Of a stretch of DNA of 64,000 nucleotides, positions 11,154 to 22,667 are shown piece by piece. Location of the stretch: positions 310,001 through 374,000 of the forward strand of contig CBFFRP010000263.1 in assembly GCA_965644295.1 (NCBI GenBank), in the 5' to 3' direction. The notes beneath the pieces are model-generated. The model was not told where the DNA came from, did not search any database, and worked only from the letters and a program-made list of their open reading frames with translations. This stretch comes from Paraphysomonas bandaiensis (Eukaryota; Protista; Chrysophyceae). The first letter of the stretch is position 1, and each line of letters begins with the position of its first letter. A program made the position numbers and the translations under genes.

Positions 11154-14100
11154 TTAGATAGCGATCCCTAATTCTGAAATGGTCTCCGTCACAGACTTAA
11201 TTAACTCCTCACGAACACCCTTACGAATAGTAGCTAAATAGGCTTGCAACAACTCAGTCCTGCGAATCCTCTGGGACTCCTCAAAGTCAGCCCGACAGGT
11301 AAATACATTTGGGCTACGGTTATTATATCCACAATTGGCAGTATGTATGTGAGCATCGTTACCACAATCCTGTAGACAGTACCCACAGAAACCACAGTTG
11401 CAATTCGGGCAATAAAGAGCTAGGCAATGGTCATAGTCTAAGCTATCTGGAGTGAATATCCAAGCACATCTCGGACATCTAAGAGACAGAATACAATCCC
11501 TTATGTAGTTCCTATGTGTTTGTACCTCTCTATCTCTCTCGGATAACGCGGCAAGACGGATATTCTCTAGTCGTTGAGCCTCTTCGTATTGGCACCTTTC
11601 CCGCCAAGCAACAAGTTCTCGTTCACTGCGTTGATACAAACGGTGAACCTCTTCTGTTAATAACCGAACCACTTTATGGGAATCCAAGGGACCCACATTA
11701 CATCCGTGAGTATGGTAGGGGCACATGATTCGGAACTCGCCACCGTAATCTGTTCGCTCCTCCCAAACCTCATCAAACTCAGAGGCCGTCATGTTGATCC
11801 AAGGCTTCTGCAGCTCCGTGCTATTGGCTACTTGCTTAAACTTCCTCAGTATATCTTCTTTGTTGCCTCGAAGGTAAAGGTCTCGTTGCCCAGATATGTC
11901 CCATACATGAACTAATCGACGTCGACCTCTCTCAGACGTGGCCTCAACTTTGACATAAGCGTTAAGACAGCCGTCGCAAGTAAAGTGCCGAGCCTCGCCT
12001 TCGCACTGCAGCCCTTGACACATGTCTACCTCTTCCTCACACAAACAACATACTCGCATGCGAGCTTGTTGTTCTCTCTCCAGTCTCTCCTGCTCCTGCG
12101 TTCTCTCCCGCTCCTGACATAGGATTCGGTCCCGGAGGGTTTGCACATCATCAGCTAAATCTTGTATGGAAAAGAAAGACCTTTGTAGTGCATTCCTGGA
12201 GGAAAGTCGTTGCTCCGGATTTTGACACAGAATCTCACTGAGATGGTCCCTCAAATCATTGAGTTCTCCAACACACTCCGGAATCGTGTGCACTAGAAAT
12301 TCATCCACACTGCCCCGAGTGCACTCCAGGCCGAAGATATGAAGCACACACACACCAAAGGAGTACATATCAGAAGCACAAGACGGTGCTTTACCAATGA
12401 ATATCTCAGGGGCCATAAAATCATGAGACCCTCTCATTTTTCCGCCCAAAGTGGACTGATCTCGGCTCAAAGAGTCAATAGAAATATCAAAATCTGTCAA
12501 CATTGCGGTTCCCCTTTCTGAAATAAGGATATTGTCTGGCTTCACATCACAGTGTACGACATTGCTGCCGTGCAAATGAGCCAACCCATTCAGCACATCG
12601 TTGCATAGTAGACGCCTGGACAATATCCCTAACTCATGTTCTTGTCTCTTTAGGTACACCGCTAAATTTCCGTTTGTGTAAAACGGCATTTCTATATACG
12701 CTTTACTCTTCTCCAGGAATACAGCAGTGATGTCCGCTATGTACGGACTTTGACAATGGGTGGCTAATATGCGGGCTTCCCGCCAGAAGCTTTTCTGTTG
12801 GTCCTCATCGATGCATAAAAAAGCCTTTAAAAATACGTTCCTCTTAGCAAAGCGACCCCTCATAACCGAGTTTCGACTACTGCTGTCGACATATTCCAAG
12901 TCAGTGTAATCATCAATAGATCGGTCGATTATCAGTAGTCCCTTAGCCACATCAGGCAAATCTTTCGGGTCAAAACCGATACTAGGAATAATGATTGGCA
13001 GCTCAGGGTAATGAGTCAACGCAATTCGGGAGAGAGCAGCTCGCTCTTTGCACAGTGCGTTACGCTTGAACTGAAGATCAATTTTGGCATTTTTCAGATT
13101 TTCCTCGAGTTGTTGTTGTCTCGCTGTGTCACAAGTATCATCCTCAAGTTCTTGTATTTCAAACTTGTACCGCCTTATACGCCTCTGAATATTTTTAATA
13201 TCTTCCAACAAGTCGGAGAAGTGTTGCCCTTTAGGAGGACCATCAACCCATACCTCCATCTCCTCGAGCTGGCTTCGTATTCTGGCCCTCTGTTGCACAA
13301 TGTCAGCTGCTTTATGACACCAGTATGAGGTGAACCGCGTCACTGCTACACATGCTTCCCTGGTATCTCTCGTTAAGCCTGGGTAAAAACGCATAGGGTT
13401 CTGCCAATGATCCCTCTCAACTCGAAGACACGCGTCCAATTCCTTTGCACAAACTTCCAGATTATGCATACTCATGTTATTTTCTTCAACTAAGATCTCT
13501 CCAACACATCTTAAACAGTTATGGAATGCTGGAAGAGCCCTCTCAGTTTCCTCAGCGGGGGAGCGCGAGAACTGGTACACCCATTCTCTCATCTTTTCTT
13601 TGAAATCGGACAAAAGCGTCATCAGCTCAGTACACGAATACTGCCGGGTTTCTCCAGTGCATTCTACACCTTCAATCACCACATTTCCTGACCATCTACA
13701 ACCGCAGTCGACTTGCTTCAGAACCTCCAGCCAATTTTCCACGGGGGCTGCGAGGATTCTACGCATTTCAGATACTAGTGCTCGCCGAACACTATCGCGC
13801 TCACCCCGAAGTTCTTGTAGATATTCCATATCAATATCCTGACTTTCTACATGACAACGGATAGACTCTTGTAAGGACAGAAGCTTCTGTTCCAATTCTG
13901 TAAAGACAACGTCCGAACCATCAACTGACTCCAATGCTTCTATATCGGGAACAGTTAACCACGAGTCTTTGCTTTCAAATGCTGACAAAAGGCCCATCAC
14001 AGAGTCACGTAGATCATCATCAACAATTAAGGACATCCACTTCTCATCCGTACAGGTCAAATCTGGTTTACGCAAACTCCTCACTTCAGCAACTTTTGAA

Positions 14101-17100
14101 TGCACAACTGAGATATAAGAAACACATCGTCCAGCAGTCTGTCCATAACAACCATACCAATGGTATCAAACATATTATAGAACTACATCACCATCACACA
14201 CATACCTCTGCAGCTGCAGCAGCAGCTTCCTGTCTCCACCGCTTAGCCTAAACATTACACACACACAAACTCAACTCAAATCCAAAACTCACTCCGCACT
14301 TAATTACACCAACCATACCAATGCTATCAATCATATTATATCTTATAACTACATCATCATCACACACATACCTCTGCAGTCGCAGCAGCAGCTTCCTGTC
14401 TCCACCGCTTAGCCTAAACATTACACACACACAAACTCAACTCAAATCCAAAACTCACTCCGCACTTAATTACACCAACCATACCAATACTATCAATCAT
14501 ATTATATCTTATAACTACATCATCATCACACACATACCTCTGCAGTCGCAGCAGCAGCTTCCTGTCTCCACCGCTTAGCCTAAACATTACACACACACAC
14601 AAGCTCAACTCAAATCCAAAACTCACTCCGCACTTAATTACACCAACCATACCAATACTATCAATCATATTATATCTTATAACTACATTATCATCATCAC
14701 ACACATACCTCTGCAGTCGAAGCAGCAGCTACCTGTCTCCACCGCTTAGCCTACACATTACACACACACATACATACATGATTCGAATGATGCTATATCT
14801 CAGGTTCTACATACGAAATATATACTAACATGTGTATTTATTAACGACTGGCGCATCGCATCATCTTTTGCCAAGTCAACAGGAGTCTGACCCTTCTACG
14901 AAGCATAACAATAAACATAGAGAGTAGTAACACAGTGCATCACCACATGTTCCTATTGCCTTTCACATAATGGGTGTGCGGGGTCAATATATGCGTCTGT
15001 ATATGTATCTATGTGTGTATGTATGAATGTATATGTATAGAGGGGTTACTTACTTTGTTTTGTATAGTAATATCTGCTCCTTTTCTAGTAAGATACTCAG
15101 CTATATCTCTGCGACCTTTAGATACAGCCAAGTGAAGAGCTGTATCACCACCCTATAAAACAATAACAATAATCACATATGAGCCCTTACACACTCTATG
15201 TATGTATGTATGTAGGTAGGTATGTAGAGGGGTTACTTACTTTGGTTTGTATAGTAATATCTGTTCCTTCACTTATCAGATACTCAGCTATATCTCTATG
15301 ACCTTTAGAGACAGCGAAATGAAGAGCTGTTAAACCGCCCTATAAAACAATAACAATAATCACATATGAGCCCTTACACACTCTATGTATGTAGGTAGAT
15401 ACGTGTGTATGCACACATAGAGGTGTTACTTACTTTGTTTCGTATAGTAATATCTGTTCCTTCACTTATCAGATACTCAGCTATATCTCTGTGACCTTTA
15501 GAGACAGCCAAATGAAGAGCTGTATCACCCCGCTATAAAACAATAATAATAATCACATATGAACCCTTATAACCCTATATGTATGTTGGTAGGTACGTGT
15601 GTATGTATACATAGAGGTGTTACTTACCTTGGTTTGTATAGTTATATCTGCTCCTTCACTTATTAGATACTCAGCTATTTCTCTGTGACCTTTAGAGACA
15701 GCCGAATGAAGAGCTGTCCAACCACCCTATAAAGTAGTAATAATTATAATCACATATCAGCCTTTATAACACTCCATGTATGTATGAATGTACATATGTA
15801 TGTCTATAGTGGGGTTACTTACTTTGTTTCGTATAGTAATATTTGCTCCTTTACTTATAAGATACTCAGCTATATCTCTGTGACCTCCAGAGACAGCCCT
15901 GTGAAGGGCCGTGGAACCACCCTTAAACACAATAACAACAATCAAATATGAATCCTATAACCCCGTACATATATAACATAAACTGTATACATATGTATGC
16001 ATGTATGTATGTATCTATGTGTGTATGTATGCATGTATGTATAGAGGGGTTACTTACATTGTCTCGTATAGTGATATCGGCTCCTGCTCTCATAAGATAC
16101 TCAGCTATATCGCTGTCACCATTAGAGGCAGCGTAGTGAAGAGCTGTCCAACCATCCTATAAAACAATAATAAAAATCACATTTGAGCCTTTATAAGACA
16201 GTATGATTATATGTATATATGTAGGTACGTGTGTATGTACACATAGAGGGGTTACTTACATCGCCTCGTATAGTAATATCTGCTCCTGCATTTATCAGAT
16301 ACTCAGCTATATCTATGTAACCTCCATAAACAGCCAAGTGAAGAGCTGTATCACCATCCTAAAAATAATAATAATCACATTAAACAATATATATGTATGT
16401 CTATAAGTATGTGTATCATTATACATTAAAAGTATGTATGTGTGTGTATGTCTATATATGTGTATGTATAGAGGGGTTACTTACATTGGTTTGTGTAGTA
16501 ATATCTGCTCCTGCTCTTATAAGATACGCAGCTATATCGCTGTCACCATTAGAGGCAGCATGGTGAAGAGCCGTCCAACCATCCTATAAAACAATAGCAA
16601 TAATCACATACGAGTCCTTATAAGACTGTATGTAGGTATGTATATATATGTGTATGTATAGAGGGGTTACTTACATTGGCTTGTATAGTAATATCTGCTC
16701 CTGCATTTATCAGATACTCAGCTATATCTATGTGACCTCCACAGACAGCCAAGTGAAGAGCTGTATCACCATCCTAAAAATAATAATAATCACATTAAAC
16801 AATATATATGTATGTCTATAAGTATGTGTATCATTATACATCTATAAAAGTATATATGTGTGTGTATGTCTATATATGTGTATGTATAGAGGGGTTACTT
16901 ACATTGGTTTGTGTAGTAATATCTGCTCCTGCTCTTATAAGATACGCAGCTATATCGCTGTCACCATTAGAGGCAGCATGGTGAAGAGCCGTCCAACCAT
17001 CCTATAAAACAATAACAATAATCACATACGAGTCCTTATAAGACTGTATGTAGGTATGTATATATATGTGTATGTATAGAGGGGTTACTTACATTGGCTT

Positions 17101-17403
17101 GTATAGTAATATCTGCTCCTGCATTTATCAGATACTCAGCTATATCTCTGTGACCTCCATAAATAGCCAAGTGAAGAGCTGTATCACCATCCTAAAAATA
17201 ATAATAATCACATTAAACAATATATATGTATGTCTATAAGTATGTGTATCATTATACATCTATAAAAGTATATATGTGTATGTATGTAGGTATGGTATGT
17301 ATGTGGTTCTTACCTCGTCATTTGTATTGATATCACCTCTACGAACACACCTCTTGACTACATTGATATCACCGTTATGAGTAGCTGTAATAATATCAGT
17401 CAT
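11154..17403 (-). CDS. ~1465-aa protein: N-cap, 11 single-exon ankyrin repeats, 4 AKRWRQEAAAATAE micro-exons, helical/coiled-coil region, Ser/Thr protein kinase, RING and IBR/RING2-like zinc domains
   Basis: Exons 17403-17314; 99-nt exons 17191-17093, 17001-16903, 16773-16675, 16583-16485, 16358-16260, 16156-16058, 15921-15823, 15726-15628, 15532-15434, 15339-15241, 15152-15054; then 14895-14830; 42-nt exons 14750-14709, 14579-14538, 14413-14372, 14247-14206; terminal exon 14138-11154. All are phase 0 with GT/AG ends and open. Kinase motifs VFLK, HCDVKPDNIL, DFD, APE, SDMYSFG. C-terminal Cys/His patterns. Confidence 0.85.
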
Positions 17404-18920
17404 CTTTATATCTTAATGGAAATATAGCAACATACCCTCATATCTGCATGTATATCCTCATATGAGTATCCATATTTTGGACATCATTCATGTTGCAGTT
17501 TTTTTGACCGACACAAAAACCCTGGACATTTACCTGTAAGACATAAACATATCCAGGGTTTTATATCAATATCAAAAATCAGCATACAACAAGAAAATCT
17601 GGATTTCTATATGCAGAATTCTGAATTATAAGTATTTCTGTTGTGCAAAAGTATGAATATATAGATACTTTTATATGTATAGTATGATATTGTGGTGCTT
17701 ATCACTGCACTGAAGTGGATCATATTCTTATTATTGAAAGGGTCACTCACACTATTAAACTGCTCAAAGAATATATCTGATCTGATATCCAGTGTATTAT
17801 ATGATTAGAGAACATGAGTGTGGGTTCCTATCAATGAATGTATATACGTACGACTAGTACAAGTAGTATGGAGCAGGGTAGCGTGGCCATAGTGTAGGCT
17901 CACTGGTACACCACCTATAACACCGAGATAGCACTGATTCTACCACCCACGTACCCGTGTACCAACGTAGCTGACCGCATAGATTAGCACAGACACTGTT
18001 GCCGCCTCATCGGTATTCACCTTCACTGAGATTACGCCGGATTTCTCATAGCTATGCATGACTTATATATATATATATAATTCGCGTAGATTCTAGTAGG
18101 ACCATGTTTACCTTACCATAACCTAGCAAAGATTACGCGGAGCTTCTCGTGACCATGCATGACTTAGTATAGGCCTAGTGTGACATTGGCCGGGGCCCCT
18201 TCTCCCCTTGAATGCACGGGGTTTCTCGTAATCTCATATAGGCTATGTAAGTATAGTGTAGACCATCGTTTCTTTATGTATGTGTAAATTTTAAATTTAG
18301 AGAATCAATTCATTTCTAATAATAAGTAATATATATTATGACTGTTGGAAGTAAAGAGCAAGTTTGGCATGGAACAGCCGAAAAAACTAGGTGGTCAATC
18401 AGAAAGCAGAACCAATAGCGTCCAGTTGAACTCCAAAGAAACTAAAGCTTAGAACATTCAGACACAACACCGGAATCTATGTATTGCTTAGTTTAGTTAA
18501 CACTAGTACACTAGCACTATACGAGAGAGCACGCCCTCAGAATGGGGCAGCAGCATTCTTTATTGTGTGGTGTGCATGCGAGCCTCCACTATGGCATGAT
18601 TGTATGATTGGGAAATGAGAATAGCTAGCTATTTTGATGTTCTTTACAGCGACTGCCTCCTATAACTATAGAATAATATAGTTTTTCATAAGATATTCTG
18701 AATGCAATTGTATATAATATCAGATATCAGCACAGTTCCCTTGTCCAGATTGGACTATATCTTAGAAAGTATTTATTCGAAAAAAGAATCTACTTAGCTC
18801 GCCATTTAGTGCAAAGGAAAATAAGCGTAAGTAAGCAAAATGGCTATTATTATCAGCGCGTTATAGTGGAGCACATATAACACAGATACAGTCACAAAAG
18901 CAACCGCTAACGTCTTTCGG

Positions 18921-19004
18921 ACACGCAGCGGCCTTTATCAGCTAAACAGCACTATCAAAGTTAATGGCACTGTCTACCGTCATCCCACCTAGTGACTGCG
19001 CATA
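18921..19004 (-). promoter_or_regulatory. Candidate SECIS element in the 3' UTR of the selenoprotein gene
   Basis: Minus strand: ATGAC (18983-18979), then GGTAGACAGTGC / loop CATTAACTTTGATA / GTGCTGTTTAGC, then TGAT (18940-18937). This gives an AUGA/GA core, a 12-bp helix II with one mismatch, and a lower helix ATGCGCAGT/GCTGCGTGT. Confidence 0.65.
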
Positions 19005-19046
19005 TCATACATGGAGCACATAACGCGCTAATGCAGCGATTTCGAC

Positions 19047-19811
19047 TTAAAGCTCGCTGGAGTCAGGGGACAGCTGTTTCAGGATAGCTATCCGCTGCTT
19101 CAGCCATTGAGCCAAATCAGGAGTCATTTTTGACGCCTTCATGCCTTGTAGACGAGTTAGCTGGGAAGCTGTTGAGGCTGAGTCTTTATCTTTCCATTTG
19201 GCAATAAAATCTTTCTCTCGGTCACTGCAGCCATCTCCAGTTTCTACAGTGCAGAGAGATATTCCACCTGCCTCAATGACATAATCCTCCATCATCTTCT
19301 CGTCTCCAAGCTCATCACACATGGCTTTAGAGGTTTTCTTTTCATAGGGTGCGCCCTCGTACCCTGTCTGTTTGTTGAAGTATTTTATCGTTGGCCAGCC
19401 CCCAGCACCAGGTTGGTGGTTACCACGAATTTGTTGTTCACTAAGGTTGATGTCTCCGAAAGCAACATCAGAACGACCAGCATAGCGCCTGGTGATAGCA
19501 TTCCACGCAGGCGCCTGCTTTCTGATATCAAAAGTGCAGCTACATTAACAAGTTCGGATATCGATATGCTCTTGTTTACCGTCATCATCCTCATCCAGGA
19601 CTAGCTATCCACCGCACGAATAGCGTTTTTCCGGCATCGACTTCAGATTTGACGATATCATCAAAATTATCAGTAGTTAACTGGTGACTGTATTGCCTGT
19701 ACAAGATTTATCATACACTGTATGGGGCTATGCGATACGTTACCAATGATCATCTGGATAGATGGCAGAGGCAAACCCAGTCATTGCTACTAGCAACAAC
19801 GAGTACATCAT
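19047..19811 (-). CDS. PDI/thioredoxin-like selenoprotein with signal peptide and G-U-G-U-U active site (three in-frame TGA); exons 19811-19744, 19696-19580, 19521-19047
   Basis: Spliced frame: MMYSLLLVAMTGFASAIYPDDHW...NFDDIVK...LFVRWIASPG*G**RKQAPAW...VAFGDINL...GGWPTIKYF...SSEL. The TGA codons at 19593-19591, 19587-19585 and 19584-19582 lie where the thioredoxin CxxC belongs. C-terminal SSEL resembles an ER-retention signal. SECIS-like hairpin downstream. Confidence 0.88.
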
Positions 19812-20281
19812 ATTTAATAGAGCACTGAGAGTTACTCAACACTCTTTACAAAATCTGATTGCTTACTCAAATTATTGACAGCTGGCACATACATATGTAC
19901 GCTATATGTATACCTATACGGCACACTGGTGCGTGTTGTGGTCTCGAAATTTCGATATACATACACAACGTACACAATAGTATCCTGCGTACCATACTAT
20001 ACTGCTGTATTCCACATATTGAGATCTTCGACAGTCATTACCGATACTATTTCAGTTTCATACTATCATATATACTGTACTCATCTGTATTCTCTCCTAC
20101 ATATACTCTCTATACTATATTCACATATGTATGTATCGTACGAGTAACCGTTGAAAACCATCACCACTTCTGCCCTTGTGAAACGATTCTTCCCATGCAT
20201 GTATAACAATCACTCTTGTTTCACTCTTCATATATTTTTCACATTTCAGCATTGTGGTAGATATTGACACCAGGAAAGCAA

Positions 20282-21999
20282 ATGGGAAATTCAAGCAGTA
20301 AAGGTAAGAAATCAAAGAATGATGCCGCACCCGTTGCGGAGGGAACCGCAGGCAATAACAAGTAAGTTCTACACCCTCATAGTACAACCGTTCTGATTTT
20401 GTTACATACAGATCTCCCCAAGAGTCAGCTGTATTGGAAAAGGAAGAACCAAAGGCAGAGCCCGTGGTAGCGCTTGATACGAATGATAAGGATACTAAAC
20501 CTGAAGTCGTCGAAACTCTACCTCAGAGTGCTGAAACTGTAGAAAAACCCAACCCTGTCGAGTGCAATGATGTTGAGGAGATTTGCCAAAATATACCTCC
20601 AACTCAGACAGAGACAGTTGATAATACTCCTGCTGAATCTGAGATTCAGTTGGAGAAAGATATGGAGTTAGAGGAGCCATTTGCTGAATTATCTGAAACT
20701 CCAGCAATTGCCACCACTGAGAAACCGGACCCTGAGCAAGAGGCCCGCGATGCTGAATATGCTACAAGCATGGAATTAGTTAAAGAAATATGCAGCCCTA
20801 CTGTATCCTACAGTCTAGCATCTGATCAATGGGCTCATCGTAAGGAAGGCCTTGAGATGATTCAGAAGTGTATCGAGAGAAACAACACCAAAGCCAAAAC
20901 TATGGAATACGAAGTGGTAGTTAAAGAATTTTCTGCAATTTGTGTTATATTGCGAAAATTCTTTGAAGATCGCGTGGCTCCAGTATATTTTGCGGCTTAC
21001 GATTGTTTCCGGGCATTACTAAAGGTTTATGCGCCATATGTTGATGGACCTGGTGTAATGGATCTGCTGCGGTCGCTAGCTGTACGTCTTTTGAACAGTA
21101 TGGGTGGAGAGGCAACTGGCACCAACAGGAGAACACAGAAAGAGGCATGCAGGTGTATGCTTCGCATTGCACGCTTGACGCACGTGGATGGTTTAGCAGT
21201 AGTGCTGCCTCTTCTCACTGACGACGCATGTTCCCTCCGTCCCCGACTTGCGTTGCTGAAACTCTTGGTTCAAGAGTTCCGCATTGAAGAGTCTTCCAAC
21301 GGTAACTGTGGTGGAGGCATCTCTTCAGAATTAGTTATGTCAGTTTGTCATCCTGCCCTCTCCCATCCCGATGACAAAACCAGAAAAGCCGCAGTAGATA
21401 ACATTGGCGTCGCCTACTCAATGGCTGGAAAGAGTATCAAGATGCTTTTGGGCGACGTTAAGCCAGCTACTCTGAAAGTTTTGGAGAGGAAATTCGCTGA
21501 AATCGACGGTGTTGAATTACCAGTGTCAGCTAGAGAACCGGACAGTGGTCTCAAAAAAAGGAAGTCTAAGAAGAGGTTGAATGCTTCTAAGAGCGGAGAG
21601 AATATTCGTAATCTTGCTCCTGTGCTCGTAAAATCCACGAGCAGCTTTATGAGCAGCACGGTCCCTTCTGATTTTACAATAACGGAAGAGGTAAAGAATA
21701 AGGAGAACAACGAGAACAGTGCACGTGTTGTGAAACCTGCTTCTCAGCAACAAAATAAAGATGATTCTCCACAACAGGAGGTGGATAACAATGATCGGCC
21801 TCTACAAGAATTAAAGCCTATCAGTCGCCAACTATTTATGGAGTCAGCAGCAGAGGGAAGCTACGGCAATGGGGGATGTAGATTCCACATTGAAGATGAC
21901 ATCATTGAAAAAACTAAGAAACCGAACTCTATCAGCAAGCCTTTGGTGAAGCCACGGCATGTGGATAACTCTAGATTCGTAATCGATGATGTTTGCTAA
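20282..21999 (+). CDS. TOG/HEAT-domain protein (CEP104/XMAP215-like single TOG) with N-myristoylation motif; intron 20362-20411
   Basis: Exon 1 MGNSSSKGKK splices in frame to ORF 20434. TOG-like motifs WAHRKEGLE, EDRVAPVYF, HPDDKTRKAA and VKPATLKVLERKF. Confidence 0.7.
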
Positions 22000-22546
22000 T
22001 CTGCTTGAAACTACAGTATAAATACTCGGAAGTAGCTCCTGTTACTTCCTCAATGTGTATCGAAATAGAAAATAGCACCTTGGATGCATAATATACACAC
22101 AACGGAAATTGTATTTTCCTGTGATGCCAGAAGAAATATATCATGTAGTTTTTTGTCAGTTCCCGTTTAGTGGACAAATGTGAGTCATAATAATATAGTT
22201 ATTGCTTGTGTTCTGCAATTTGCTAATGTAACAGATTGTATAGAATATAGTACTAGGTACTAGCTAGTCAAGGTTGGGCCGATTCCCCCGTCAAGGTTGA
22301 ATTATCTGCATTTACCTACATATCGAAAGCTAGCTCTCAATATAACATATATATCCAATATATTTGTACCTGACCCTGCGTAAGAAAATACTGGCTGTTG
22401 AGGGATCACAATATAACAGCTCTATTCTACACTATACAGTATATTGCAGATTTGCAGAATGCAGTGTTCTGCTAACAGCAATATACACTAACATTATACG
22501 ATGTAATATGACTATACGCCGGTATAAGATATGCACAGATAGGCAG

Positions 22547-22667
22547 TAGTGAATGTCTCATTATTAGCAATAGGCGTGTAAGTATCAGAACTATTTTAGC
22601 ATTTAATTAAGCGAACTAGTGCTTCACTCCTTAACTCTGATATCCTACTATTTTTACGCTACGAAAG
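22547..22667. mobile_element. Short interspersed repeat family, copy 2 (truncated)
   Basis: TAGTGAATGTCTCATTATTAGCAATAGGCGT...ATCCTACTATTTTTACGCTACGAAAG shared with the copies at 10344 and 46041. Confidence 0.65.

Noticed and set aside
15054-17191. CRISPR-like or diversity-generating retroelement array
   Set aside because: The conserved blocks are spliceable ankyrin exons, variation is not adenine-specific, and the nearby RT fragment is copia-type.
17850-18240. Short repeated motifs (TTCTC...ATGCATGACTT) resembling sequence near 26400-26570
   Set aside because: Probably old transposon debris; too degenerate to delimit or classify by eye.
19582-19593. Pseudogene or alternative genetic code as the explanation for the TGA cluster
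   Set aside because: All three TGAs fall only in the redox motif, the rest of the gene is intact, and TGA serves as a normal stop in neighbouring genes (25678, 28418, 54615).
19385-19604. ORFs 19385-19594 (-) and 19413-19604 (+)
   Set aside because: Off-frame and antisense shadows of the selenoprotein gene.
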